Source: Camelus ferus (lineage: Eukaryota). From it: a DNA stretch of 64,000 nucleotides. Made by a program: the position numbers and the translations under genes. The first letter of the stretch is position 1. Each line of letters begins with the position of its first letter. The DNA is taken from the NCBI RefSeq assembly GCF_009834535.1, contig NC_045697.1, positions 36,582,001-36,646,000 on the forward strand, written 5' to 3'. Under the pieces are notes generated by a model. That model saw only the letters and a program-made list of their open reading frames with translations, was not told the DNA's origin and did not search any database. Below are positions 11,970 through 23,607 of the stretch, piece by piece.

Positions 11970-12395
11970 CAAGACTTACCATTTATAGAGCACTTACTAT
12001 ATACAGGCACTTTACATGAAACCATTCAGTTATTCCTCACAACAGCACTGGTTTTTGTGAATATTCCGTTTTCCAGATGATGAAACCAAGACAAGGAGAT
12101 ATTAACTTACTTATTTAGCTTGGCAATTGCATGGTGGAACTGGATCTCAAACCCAGATCTGACTGATTCTACCCACTATGCCTTCTTTTCAAGAAAATAA
12201 TACGAATGATAGCTGGCACTGTGCCAGGGGCTACTGTAAGCACTTTATACATTTCAACCCATTTCAACTTCACAATAAGCCTATTTTACAGCTGAGGTAA
12301 AGTGAGGTTAAATAACCCAGCCCAGGTCACACAGCTCATACAAGGTGGAGATGGGTTTTAAACCCAGGGATTCTGGTGGCAGAGACCACACCACT
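11970..12395 (-). mobile_element. Two adjacent MIR elements (about 11970-12180 and 12210-12395)
   Basis: atttatagagcacttactatatacaggcac...cagatgatgaaacc; ttttacagctgagg...cccaggtcacacagct. Confidence 0.75.
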
Positions 12396-13369
12396 ATTTT
12401 AAAGCAGCAGCACCATTCCATCTAGAATTAAATAAATAAGGCTAATATTTCCAAGTGAGGCATTGCCCACTTCCCTGCAGTCAACCTGATGTGCATCTAG
12501 CTTCTGATACGGGACACACGGAGGTGTGAAGTACACCATGTCAGCATCCCTTTGCAGGGAAAAGGTAAACATGGAAACTGATGGACAGGGAGGTTGAGGT
12601 GCTTCCCTGGGTTCCCCTAAGCAAGCTAGTAGTCGGTTCAAGGTTATGAACCCCTGGCCTCAATCCACTAGGCTGTTACATTGCTTGTAAATGATGAAAA
12701 GATGCCTTATCTTTTCAGGATGGGCTGAGACCTGGAGAAGGTCCCAGGGCCCTGGAAACACACCTGCTCTCATGCAATGGCTCAAGGTCATCAAAGGGCA
12801 TAGGACAGTCCATTAGGGAGACAATCATAGCCAAAGGACGCACAAGTCTCCCTTCCTTAGTACAGGGCAGACTCCAAACTGGCAGCCTCCTTCTCCCAGG
12901 AACTTGGCCTGCCAGCTCACCAGGCTGCGGTGAAGGGTGTTTATCTGCAAGATTGGAGGAGACCAAGCACCAGTCTGCCCTGGAGATAGCACAATGGAAA
13001 GCAGAAAGGGCTGCCTGCCAAGTCAGATTACAGCAAATAGCAACAGAACATTTCGCCCGAAGGCCCGCGGAGGACCACGTTTTGTGGGTCTGTTGTGGGA
13101 TGAGAGTAACAGCAGTGGCCAGCAGCTGCTAAACACTCCTGGAAGACTGGCAGAGACCAATCTGCCTGGCCTGTTTAATGACACAGTTTAACCCTTCTCC
13201 TGCCTCCTGCCTGTTTCCTTTCTCTGAACTGTGAACATTGGTGTTAATTACTTACAAGCAATAACCGTAACAAGAACTATCAGGGTTCCTAACAATTGCA
13301 ACCTTTTATCTCGGAAGGGTCAGACCATCTCCCCGTAGCAGCCCAGGAAAACGCCTTCAAGAAGGATGG

Positions 13370-13510
13370 CTCACTTAGCACCAGACATGTCACTCGATGC
13401 TCCATATATGTTACCCCATGTACTTCTCAGGACCGCTTTATATTGTAGGGATATTATCTCTCACTTTACTGATAAAGAAACTGAAGGTCAGAGAAATAAT
13501 AAAGTAACTA
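13370..13510 (-). mobile_element. MIR fragment
   Basis: cactttactgataaagaaactgaaggtcagaga core. Confidence 0.55.
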
Positions 13511-14909
13511 AATGGGAGAGACTGTACATTTCCCAGTTAGGCCTTATTGCCACTTAATCAAGGAAGGGAGTTACTACAGGAAGGGAACCACTGTAGGTCT
13601 TTTCACCCCTTTGGATAAAACTCACTATTCAGTTGGGCCGTTTTGACGCTCTCCATCCGATACGCATTATCCAAGAGATCAACTGCATTCTAGATGACCT
13701 GACTCTGAGTTCCAGTCTCTGTAATTTTTTCCCTTTCTTACATCTGGGGGTGAAGAGTCCACAGCTTTGTTCCTTTAATACCCAGGGACCCCGACATACA
13801 GTGATGAAATGATTGGTTTAATCATACATTAAGTTCTATGCAAAGAATTAATGAACCACAGTCAACCAGAGGGAAGGCAATCTTGCGGAGAGGTTTGTGA
13901 CTTTAAAGACACAGTTTTATCCGGAAGATTCAGGATCTCAGAGATATTTTTCTCTCCTCTGCTGACAAAACTCTGAATCAAGTGAGCACACTAGTAGAGG
14001 ACAAACAGCAGCCACCACCCAAACACACCGCTGGGGGAAAGAACAGACGCAAAGGTCAGGTGAAGAGCAACCTCAGCCTCTGAGGAGCAAGAGAGACTGG
14101 TAACAAGTAGAGGGCAGAGTCTCAGTCGGGGAGAAGCAACTGTCGGACACAAAAATGTCAGCTTATTTCAATTTATACTTTTGGGGAACTGACATGCACT
14201 TAGAATTTCTGGGTGGATGGAGATGAATATTCCTAGGATACGAATATTCCTAACAGATTCCCTTGCAAACTGAAATCTCAGAAAAATAGCCCATGAAGGC
14301 ATCCAGAATGCAATGTCTCCCACACCAGTTGATTTTTTCTCCCCCAGTTTTCCAGCTCATCCCAGTGGGGAACTGGGTTTGGAGCGACAGTATTGGATGG
14401 AGAGTGTGGCTATTAGGTGGTCGAGAACAGAAGTAGTAACCAGCTGCGTGGTCAGGATTAAGAAAACAAAAATGGATCCTAGAGGTAAAATTACTTAAAA
14501 AGAAAAAAAAAAGGTCCTGGCAGAACAATCTCCCTGGTATATCTGCTATGAAAAGCAAAAGAGAAAAAAATGGAAGAGTTCAAAAACAATTACAAATCAG
14601 ACCTGAGCTTACACTCTTGTAAACATTGAGGAAATAGTCTTTACTTTAACCCAAGGTCAGCAGGCAGGCTCTCCAGGTCTGAATGCAAACAATTCTCATC
14701 CAGACCGCCAAGTAGTTTTAAAAAGAATGTTCGACAAAGAACAAAGAAAACAGTAGACTTTTTGAAAGAAGGAGGAACGCTGGAGTGGAGGGCTTCAGAG
14801 TAAGGGCAACAGAATTTACCTGTTGGAGGAAGAGACTTTCAGGAAAAAAAAAAATTAAAGTTGTCTTACAGGTTTAGATAGAAATTGCCTCTGGTGAGAT
14901 GAACATAGA

Positions 14910-14939
14910 AAATAAGGCAAAATAAGGCAAATAAGGCAA
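14910..14939. repeat. Short tandem triplication of AAATAAGGCA
   Basis: aaataaggca-a-aataaggca-aataaggca read directly. Confidence 0.85.
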
Positions 14940-15315
14940 CTCTGATTTCAGTCGGTCTCCTCACCCCCATTACACGGGCTGAGCAGGTCTGCATCTTTAA
15001 GTTTCAAAAAGTTTCCACTCCACTCCATTTCAGGGTTAAAAAAATAATAATAATCAGTTCAACTTCCCAGACAAGCAGAGGCTGGATTAATGATTAAGAG
15101 AAACAAAAAGGATTAACTATCTGGCCTGGGAGAACTTTCCTGTGCAACCAAAATGTCAAAAGCATCTCTTTCCTTTCAAAAGGGCTTCTCCCTCTGGGAA
15201 AAACACCCAGGGCTCAGTCATTTGGCTTATATTTTTCACTCAAATTCCTCGTTCAGATCCGTCAGGAGCCAGCGGTCTAAATGCCCAGAGAGAAAAATGG
15301 AGGATTTCGGCTCAC

Positions 15316-15460
15316 CTTCCCAAGTGTTGCCTGGGGCTCTCAAAGCAGCAGCAACCCAGCAGCTCTCCCGCCTTGTGGGTGAATCCAGCAGCTCCTCGGG
15401 CCACCCGAGGAGCAGTGACCAGCCTCCACCTCGGCGAACAGGTGCCTAGAGGAAGGAGGA
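15316..15460 (-). other. Candidate non-coding first exon (5' end uncertain)
   Basis: Consensus donor AAG|GTGAGC at 15316/15315 downstream of CCAAT and GC boxes; GC-rich; no ATG seen in the interval on the minus strand. Confidence 0.5.
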
Positions 15461-15662
15461 GGGCATTGGTCGGTGGAGAGCAGGAAATGTGTGACATCAC
15501 GGGCGCCTCGACAGATAAAACATTACTGGGACCTTAGCTATTGAAACAGCCAGTAGGTCCCGCCCACCTGTCATTTACCTGAATACCTGCGAGCAGGTAG
15601 GTGGCGTCTCTGTGTGGAAAAATGAATCAGTTAGAGCAAATTGCTGGATGGAATTTACTTAC

Positions 15663-15765
15663 TTTCCCGAGCGCAGCACGTGTCCAGCCCCGTGGACAGA
15701 TCTGAATGTATATGCCTGGTTGCGTCCACAGCCCCCTCCTCCCACCCGCTCCTACTAACTGCCTA
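15663..15765 (-). other. Candidate alternative non-coding first exon (5' end uncertain)
   Basis: Donor AAA|GTAAGT at 15663/15662 in a CpG-retaining segment. Confidence 0.35.
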
Positions 15766-15811
15766 CAAAAGAGTTAAAAAGATAGTTTCTTTATTTTTTT
15801 CATTTTAAAAC

Positions 15812-16145
15812 TCTATTTTTTAATTGAAGTAAAGTTGATTTACAATATTATATTAGTTTCAGGTGTACAACATATTGGTCCAATATTTTTATAGATTATA
15901 TTTCATTTAAAGTTATTACAAAAAATGACTATATTTCCCTGTTCTGTACAATGTATCTTTGTTGCTTATTTTATTTTACACATAGTAGTGTGTTTCTCTT
16001 AATCCTCTACCCTTATCTTGTCCCTCTCCCCTCCCCTCTCCCCACTGGTAAACACTAGTTTATCCTCTATGAGGCTGTTTCAGTTTTGTTATATACATTC
16101 ATTTGTTTTATCTTTTAGATTCCACATATAAGTGACAACATAGGA
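15812..16145 (-). mobile_element. L1 3' UTR fragment
   Basis: ttttttaattgaagtaaagttgatttacaatattatattagtttcaggtgtacaac...ttagattccacatataagtga. Confidence 0.9.
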
Positions 16146-17062
16146 AGTATAAACACAAAAACAGACGGTTGTGTAATGAGCATAAAAAGGAAGTGTGTGA
16201 AGACTGACTGCTTGGAAAAGATCTGAGATTTATCCCCAAATGCCTTTCTGAACGGCATCCCTTTGAATCCCAAGTGTGTGTCTCTGTTCCAATATAATAA
16301 ATAAGAGATGGTATTTCAAACTCGTTTTTAAAAAAACCGAAATATGGTGCCTGTCAGCAATTTCAGAGTCAAGTTTTCAAACACATTTTCCTTAGCCTCA
16401 TCCTGTCCCAGCATTTCACCCCATACTCAGGAGTTTGTGAAACTTCAGTCACTCCCACCTGGCCCGGGGGTGTCACACGGCGGTTACAGTTCACTGCAGG
16501 CCTGCAATTAGGAGCAATTTACATGATTCAGATTCGAATGCTAGTACAGTAATAAGGTGGCGTTGCTGGCTGGGTAGGGCCAGGAAGGAGGAGTCAGGAT
16601 TATTTCTTTCCCCAACTTGGTGCGTGACCCTGGGCAAGTCATTGTGTTGCTGCAGTTTTGCCAACAGGAAACGACAGGAGAGCTGCAACCCAGCCCGTAC
16701 GCAGCGGCAGCTGTGAGCTATGACTGTGACGACTGACTGTTAAACCCTCTGGCATCTTTCAGAGGATTGTAAACAGCTCCCATCATTGTATTTAAGCGTC
16801 CTGCATTTCTGGGGTCCCCCAGTCCAGCATCTCTGGACACTTTACTCACTCTATGGAATGTGCTACTTGGGGAAATCGTGGGCTCCCCGTCCCAAGAAGA
16901 TGGCCTGCTTGCTCAGAAAGATCTACTATATTTTAGTAGATGGAAGAAAAAGAAATGTTGAAATTCCTATTTTCCCCCTTACTCCGTCTCCCTCTTCTCT
17001 TGTGACTGGTAATGCTTTGGTTCCACACGTTCTAAGACTGGACTTCTTAGGAGGTTTTTGAA

Positions 17063-17195
17063 TGGGTTGGTTGGTAGGTTGGTTGGTGGTGTGGCTTCGG
17101 GAGGGGTGGAGGAAGGATAAATAGGAGGGGAAAAGGAGGGGGAGGGGGAGAGGGAGAGGGAGGAGGAGGGGAGGTCAAGGATGGGAGGAGGAAGG
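17063..17195 (+). repeat. G-rich / polypurine low-complexity tract
   Basis: (GGTT)n followed by ggagggggagggggagagggagaggg runs. Confidence 0.85.
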
Positions 17196-17589
17196 TCCTG
17201 ATTCGTTCCCTTGGCCTCGACACTGACTGGGTGCCTCCAGTCATTCAATACCTTGTAAAACAACCGGGGAGGGAAAGAGGAGAAATTCTAGTCAAGGGCT
17301 GGGGTGCAGGGCGGGTTCTGGATTCTTCACTGGCAAAAGATCTGGCTCCTCTCCGCAGCCGCCCAGGACTGCTCTAGACTACCTTTCCCACCTGGGAACT
17401 GGGTGCACTTTGGAGAGAGCTGGAAGCTTAAAAAAAAAAAAAATCCCCACTCACGTTTCTACCCAATAGAAAAGATGCTGGGTGTGGCTACTCCTTTATA
17501 ATTAACAATGAAAACAAAAGGTAAAGGCAGCAAAACCTTTTACTTGCGGGTGTTGCAAGAATAAGTACAGCCCACCAGCTTATACTCAA

Positions 17590-17880
17590 TTCAGAAACAT
17601 CGGCGAAACAAAGGCTTTTCCTGCACGGGACTGGGTGTCCCCGGGACAGGGACCGGAGGAGGGGCACGGCGAGCCGCCAGCCCGATGAATCGCCTAGAAA
17701 GCCTGCCTCCGGCGGTCGTGGCGGCCTGCCTGCCCGAGTGTGTCAGTCACCTTTGAAGGGCAGCAGGTCCCACCCGGGAGGGGGAGTGCGGACCTCGGGT
17801 CACAGCGGCGGCGGGGGAGGGGAGGAGAGTAATGCGGCTTCTCGGGAAGAGAATTTGTAGGAAGTGACAACGCAGAAAGC
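17590..17880. promoter_or_regulatory. Small CpG-island-like promoter element
   Basis: Densest CpG patch I see in the window (ccggcggtcgtggcggcc, gcggcggcggggg); ETS AGGAAGTG at 17859; TCF/LEF-like CTTTGAA at 17751. Confidence 0.65.
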
Positions 17881-19391
17881 TTTACCCAAAGCCCTGGAGG
17901 CTACAGGGCTTCACTTGCTATTTTCACAGACTTGCAGCTTTCTGCTCCTCTGGTTTGATGAGTAAAAACTAAGAACAAAAGTTCACCCAGGAGTGGAGCT
18001 CACTCCCAGGAACGGTGTATAAAAGAAAAGAAAACATTAGATGTTTTTGATACAGTAGGCCATTCGACTAAGGATTCCTGGATTTACAATCATCTTTAAA
18101 GTTTAAAAAAATGAATACGGGCTTCATTACTCCCTGAGAGCTGTTGCATTATTATGGAAATACTACTTCTAAAGTACCAGTGCAAAGATAGATATAATAA
18201 CATTAAAAAAAACCAACACCGAATAGGTGCTTAGCTGGTGCTAATTATTGCAAGCACTTTTTACAAAAGCTGTATAAGTCCGGTTCTCGTCTATTTGGAT
18301 ATACAGCTGGGAAACCAAGGCACAGAGAGGGTGACTACTTGCTTAAGGACAGCACAGCCAGTAAGTGGCAGGGCCTGGGCAGTTTCAACCCCTGGGGAAA
18401 AAGGGGGAAAAGTTCTGACTTCATGCTCCCTGGGCAACTTCCTGGACACTAATCAAACTTCTTATCTCTCTATTCAGAAGGAAATGCCTGTAGAAGTAGC
18501 CCTGGGAAGGAATGTCTCCAATTGTAAATGAATTAGTAATCTGATTTATACACTATGTAGGTATAGAACATATATACATATGGATACACTTATACATATA
18601 TTGATGAGAAAACACACCAAGAAATCCATCACTCCTGGAGGCATCCATGAAATCATCTTTTTGATAGATCCCAAAGAAGGGAAGGCCAACTTGAGGGACC
18701 CCTCCAGAATGGTCAGTTCTAACTGTCTGTGCTATCTTTTATGATTATTTCTCTCTATAGCTTTAGCAGTCTATCCCTTTAAAATCTGAAAAAATCTATG
18801 AGAAGGGCCATAAGAACATAGAACAACATATAATTGGATAATATGAGACAGTGTAAAATTAAGTTCCATACAAACTACTGCTTTAGCTGCTTTAGACCAG
18901 GGTTGGTAAATACTAGACACACACTGCTCCATTCCCCCCTCCCATACTGTTCTCATTGTCATTGCTAGAAGGCTGTGGTGCCCTGGAGCTCAGACATAAC
19001 CTTGGAATCTTCAAGACACAAGTTCAAGCACAGCAGCAATTTCTATTCCTGGTTTGAAAGTAAGTGGGAGGGGTAATCAGGAAAGGAAAAGATTGCTGTT
19101 GGCTGGTGTCATTAGGCAAGATTTCATGGAGAATGGAACATGAATGGGACCTTGAAGGATTTGGAGATATAGTTGATAAAGGCAATCATATGCAGGCAGG
19201 ACAAGCAGATGGAGGCAGGGATGATCACAGCCTGTGTGAGCTGGGGAGGAAGGTGTGTAGTGGGGGAGGAGGGGGAAGACACAGCAATGAAATGTTCACC
19301 CCGCTGGACTGAAGAGGACTCATCCTATACTAAGTTTGGATGGGTAATGGTCTTCCCATCACTGCTGGCTACTTCTCTTCTTATGAATAAA

Positions 19392-19490
19392 CAAGAAGGA
19401 AGGAAGGAAGGAGGGAGGGATGGAAGGAAGGAAGGAAGGGAAAGGAGGGAAGGAAGAAAGAAAGAGGGGAGGAAGGAGAAAGAGAAAGAA
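19392..19490. repeat. (GGAA)n-like polypurine simple repeat
   Basis: gaaggaaggaaggaagggagggatggaaggaagg. Confidence 0.9.
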
Positions 19491-21496
19491 ATCCAGTATC
19501 CTGGGCATGGGTAATTTATTAAGAGTGACAATATTTTCAGTGTTGAGTTAAACTTCCATGATATGCCATTTCAGCTACCATATGATCATCTTACTGTTTA
19601 GAAGCAAGCTTCCTTTGCAGTCAATGTATCCTGTAAACTCTGTTCTTTGGAGAGACAGGTGGAACGCATTAGAGAAAGTTCTCTGAACTCAAGGCTGGGC
19701 CTGTCCTAGTTAACCAGCCAGCTCACTTGGGCTTTTTGATTCGTCTGAATTCTTTTATGCATCTTGACAGGAAAATCTAGAGGGGAAAAGGAGGTCTGTT
19801 TTCAAAGCTCTTTCCTTCTAGATCACCACAATGAAGGTTGGCATTCTCAAGGATTCTTCTTGGCAATGAACCATTGCTAAGACCGTAAGTACCCCGGGAC
19901 TCGTTGGAATTACTTTGCCCTTGTTTGCTTCCCCTTTTTTAAAAGCATATTGGTAGAGTTGTCTCATATGACCGAATGCCACAACAAAAGTGAACATATT
20001 CCATCTGATTTTAATAAAAGGCATCTCTTTAGCGGAAAGTATTTAGCATTGTGAGATGGAATTGCTGTACACATTCCATCAGGTTGGCCACAGTTATTTT
20101 TTTTCCCCTTTAATTAGCTTAGTTACAAATCTTTCACTGGCTAATTACGAGTGCTTAGCATGGTGCTAGTAAGCAGAACCCAGAAGGGCAATTATGGAAA
20201 ATAACAGAAATAACCACAAATATCAGCACTTGAGATAGAGGACATCTGGTTCTGTGTATGTGGAAGAGATTGCATCTCCCTGACAAACTCACAGCCTGTG
20301 TGTTGTCTGGTTTGCAGATGAGCTTCTAGGATATTCTATGGATCTACAGTTAGAGAGCAGACACTTCTCTGGGTTACGTGCTTCTGGCAGTCATTAAAGA
20401 TGGCACGCATTTTGTGAAGGTTTCCTACACAGATCTGTGGCCAGCACACTCTTCTTTAGTAGGAAAAAAAGAAAAAAAAGACCTCATTGTTACTGTCTTT
20501 ATAATTGTCAAACAAGGCCTGTGTTTCACAACTGTAAATATCTGACTCCATCCTTGCATAAACCAGGTTGGTTATTTGATTTTTTGGTGATGGTTGTTAC
20601 TATTTTGAAGGTTGTCCTATCTCTGTTTCTTTCCTCGTTCCATCATGTACAGCTACTATAATTGCCCTGAAACCATATACCAAAGGTGTAAAATGTCTCC
20701 TCTCCTTCTGAACTTTGGCCTCAACCTGGGGGCTTCCATGACTTTGTAGATGACCCCTCCAGTATCTTTGACCTTCTCAACTGTGAGGACTTTTGCCTCT
20801 ACTCCTCTTGAGTTAACCATTCTCAGGGCCAACCCCTGGAACTTCTTATCATCTAAAAATCTTCCATTTCAAAAAAAAATCTGAAAATACTACCGTCACC
20901 TGTATTCTCTTAACCATTCAGATTTTTCACTCTACTCAAACTTTGCCTTCTCTGAATTAATTGTGACCCCTGGTTCTTGACTATTGGAGGCTGCCCAAGA
21001 ATATTTGTTCCCTACTGTGTTCGCTTCAAGCCTATCTGGCCCAGATTCCACTTCCTTGCCAGCATCCTCAACTTTCTAGTGGCCTAGAAGAACCAGGGCG
21101 CCAGCCTTCTCTCTTCCTCTAAGCACAAGGGTTGGTGCCACTGTGTACATATGCCAGGCAATGCCAGCTGCACTTGTTAGTCTCCTCGGCAGTCCTGGTC
21201 TGCGCCTCTTCCTTTGCTCTCTGCAGCCATCACACCTTCAGTTCATTTGCCCTGCCTGGCGCGCGAGGCTTTTCATGACCTGGCCCCTACCTGCCTATCA
21301 AACCTCATCAACATCTCCATATCCTTTCTATCCACAGAATACTAGCCACTCCCCAGCCCCCATGCCCTCATAACACTGTGTTAGAAAGGACTGCCCTCCA
21401 CCTCATTTTCAACGGAAAGTGGTTTCCAAAGCAAACTCCGACCATGCAGCATCCTTCAGTCACTCTGTCCCTGCGAGTCCCTCACTGCAAAGATGG

Positions 21497-22276
21497 TGTT
21501 AGGTAGGTAAGTGGGGGCACTGGGCAGAGAGGTGGAGGAGAGGGAGGATGGTCCAGAAGATGTTATGCCCACATCCAGCATAAAGGGACTTCCTCTAAAT
21601 GAATGCCAGCAAGAAACCCATTAGAACCTGATAACCACGACTGTGTGGTAGCAGGAAAGACTTAACTGGACACAACCCAATGCTCGCTGTATTATAATTA
21701 ACATTGCAGTTTAGCTCCCTGACCCCAGGGATTTTTCTGTGTGCACCATGGGTAAGGACATGCGCAAAGGGGCCAAACATGACTACCCACTCCAGGGACA
21801 CGAGCCGTCACCAATCAAGAGACCACCTCTGAATGAGGGTGCAGGAGTAAGGGGAGACCAAGACGGCCGCTGTTCCTCCCTTGGAGCAGCCCGCCTTCCG
21901 TTCTTGGAGGTGTAGTTTTCCTTTTTTAAATAAACCTTTTAGGGGGGTGGAGGGTGGGAAGGGATAGACTGGGATTTCAAAATTGTAGAATAGATAAACA
22001 AGATTACACTGTATAGCATAGGGAAATATACACAAAATGTTATGATAACTCACAGAGAAAAAAATGTGACAATGAGTGTGTATATGTCCATGAATGACTG
22101 AAAAATTGTGCTGAACACTGGAATTTGACACAACATTGTAAAATGATTATAAATCAATAAAAAATGTTAAAAAAAAAACCTTTTAAAATCTTTTACTACA
22201 CAACGCACCATCTCTGGACTGTAAACTTATCTTTCGGGTATGAAAAGAACTGGGGTCTTTACCTTCTGGGGTAACA
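21497..22276 (+). mobile_element. Probable solo ERV LTR, family not recognised (about 535 bp without the nested L1)
   Basis: Termini TGTTA...TAACA; 4-bp flanks atgg/gtgg; CCAAT at 21811; AATAAA at 21929 followed by a U5-sized segment. Confidence 0.6.
21942..22175 (+). mobile_element. Young L1 3' tip
   Basis: gggaagggatagactgggatttcaaaattg...tcaataaaaaatgtt(A)n; TSD aaacctttta at 21932-21941 and 22176-22185. Confidence 0.92.
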
Positions 22277-23516
22277 GTGGGAAGGAACATCAGGTAAGCT
22301 CACCTTCGCCCCTCATCTTTCCGTCTTGGGGGTGAGTTCTCCTCTGCTGCTCCGTGTGCTGGGTCTTCCCCGGGCAGGGTCTGTCTGAGATGCCGCCAAG
22401 TCCAGATCTGCCTGGGCTGGGTGCCTTCAAGCTGTTTTTCTCATTCCAGTCCTTGTTCTCCAGTTTAGCCATTACCATTTACAAGGTGATCTTTTGACCT
22501 TCATAATTACTTTTTTGAATTTTTCTCCAATTATCCCAAACTTAGGTGGGAGATGCACTGTCTACTGGAGTCCCCCTTGGGTACCCCTCCCCAACCTGAG
22601 TGTAGTTCCCATAACAACCAGGGTCTCTCGCTGCTGGGCTCTTGCCCGTGTAGCACCATCCTGACAGTTTGTGGCCGTTTACCATCGCCGGATTGATGTT
22701 TTGCACTTTTATATGTTCTCTTACAGGATCCTGGCAGAAACTCCACCAGCTAACTCTACTCAGCAGATGAAGAACCTGAGTCTCCCAGCGGTCGAGTAAC
22801 TTGTCCAACATGCTCAGCTGGTTACTGGCAGACCTGAGACTCAGCTATTTCTCCGCCCTCAGCCTGGGAAACTCCTGCTCCATCTTCTGGGCTCAGCTCA
22901 AATGTCACCTGCTTTATAGAACCTCCCCTGAATTCCCCAGGCAGACACTGGCTGGCGCTGGGCGCTGGGCATGCTCTACTACAGCAGTCACTGTAGTGAT
23001 GGTAATTTTTTAAAGACGGTCTTTTCCCTAGACATGACTTTCATAGACCTTCAGGGCTTAGCCCCGTGTCTGGGAGGAAATAGCCTTCCGGAAACATGAG
23101 TTAAAAGAACTAAAGATGACTGTAAGACAAGGAGAGGAATGAGGGATGGAAGGAATTCCCATCGTTAGGTTACATCTTAGAAGTACCCCTTCCTTTTCCC
23201 AGGAGTCTAGGCCTGTAGGCTTTGGGAAAGGAACTAGCTTTATTACATAGAATTTTCACAGTAATACTACAATCTAGACATTCAGTATTCACTTATTCAA
23301 AAAATTTATTACACACTGTTAACATGCTAGTCATTGTCAAGGATAAAAAGAGTCTATGTTTTGAGAAATCATAATCAATAGAGAAGCAGAGTTCAAGACA
23401 AAGGATTCAAGCACAAGGTGGAAATTGCCAGGTACCTGTGCAGTTGCATGAAGGAGGAAGGTCAGCTTGTTTCTTCTCATTTAAAGGCTTCATGTTGTTA
23501 AGAAGTCCTGCCCAAG

Positions 23517-23607
23517 GTGGGTGGTTATAGCTCAGTGGTAGAGTGCACACTTAGCATGTACAAGGTCCTAAGTTCAATCCCCAGCACCTCCACTAAAAAA
23601 AGAAAAA
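23517..23607 (+). mobile_element. Short vic-1-type SINE / tRNA-Ala(AGC) retrocopy inserted in a MIR
   Basis: tatagctcagtggtagagtgcacacttAGCatgtacaaggtcctaagttcaatccccagcacctcca plus A tail; TSD gtcc(t/c)gcccaag on both sides. Confidence 0.88.

Larger units (their letters stand above)
15060..15770 (-). promoter_or_regulatory. Putative promoter / transcription start region
   Basis: Repeat-free with retained CpGs; GC box 15559-15565, CCAAT(-) 15465-15469, CAGGAAAT 15481, AGATAA 15513, CAGGTG/CACCTG 15439 and 15565, CACGTG 15677, HNF1-like ATTAATGATTAAG 15086-15098. Confidence 0.6.

Noticed and set aside
12486..12549. Possible minus-strand exon encoding DADMVYFTPPCVPYQKLDAHQ
   Set aside because: Weak AAG acceptor and GTTGAC donor; peptide not recognised.
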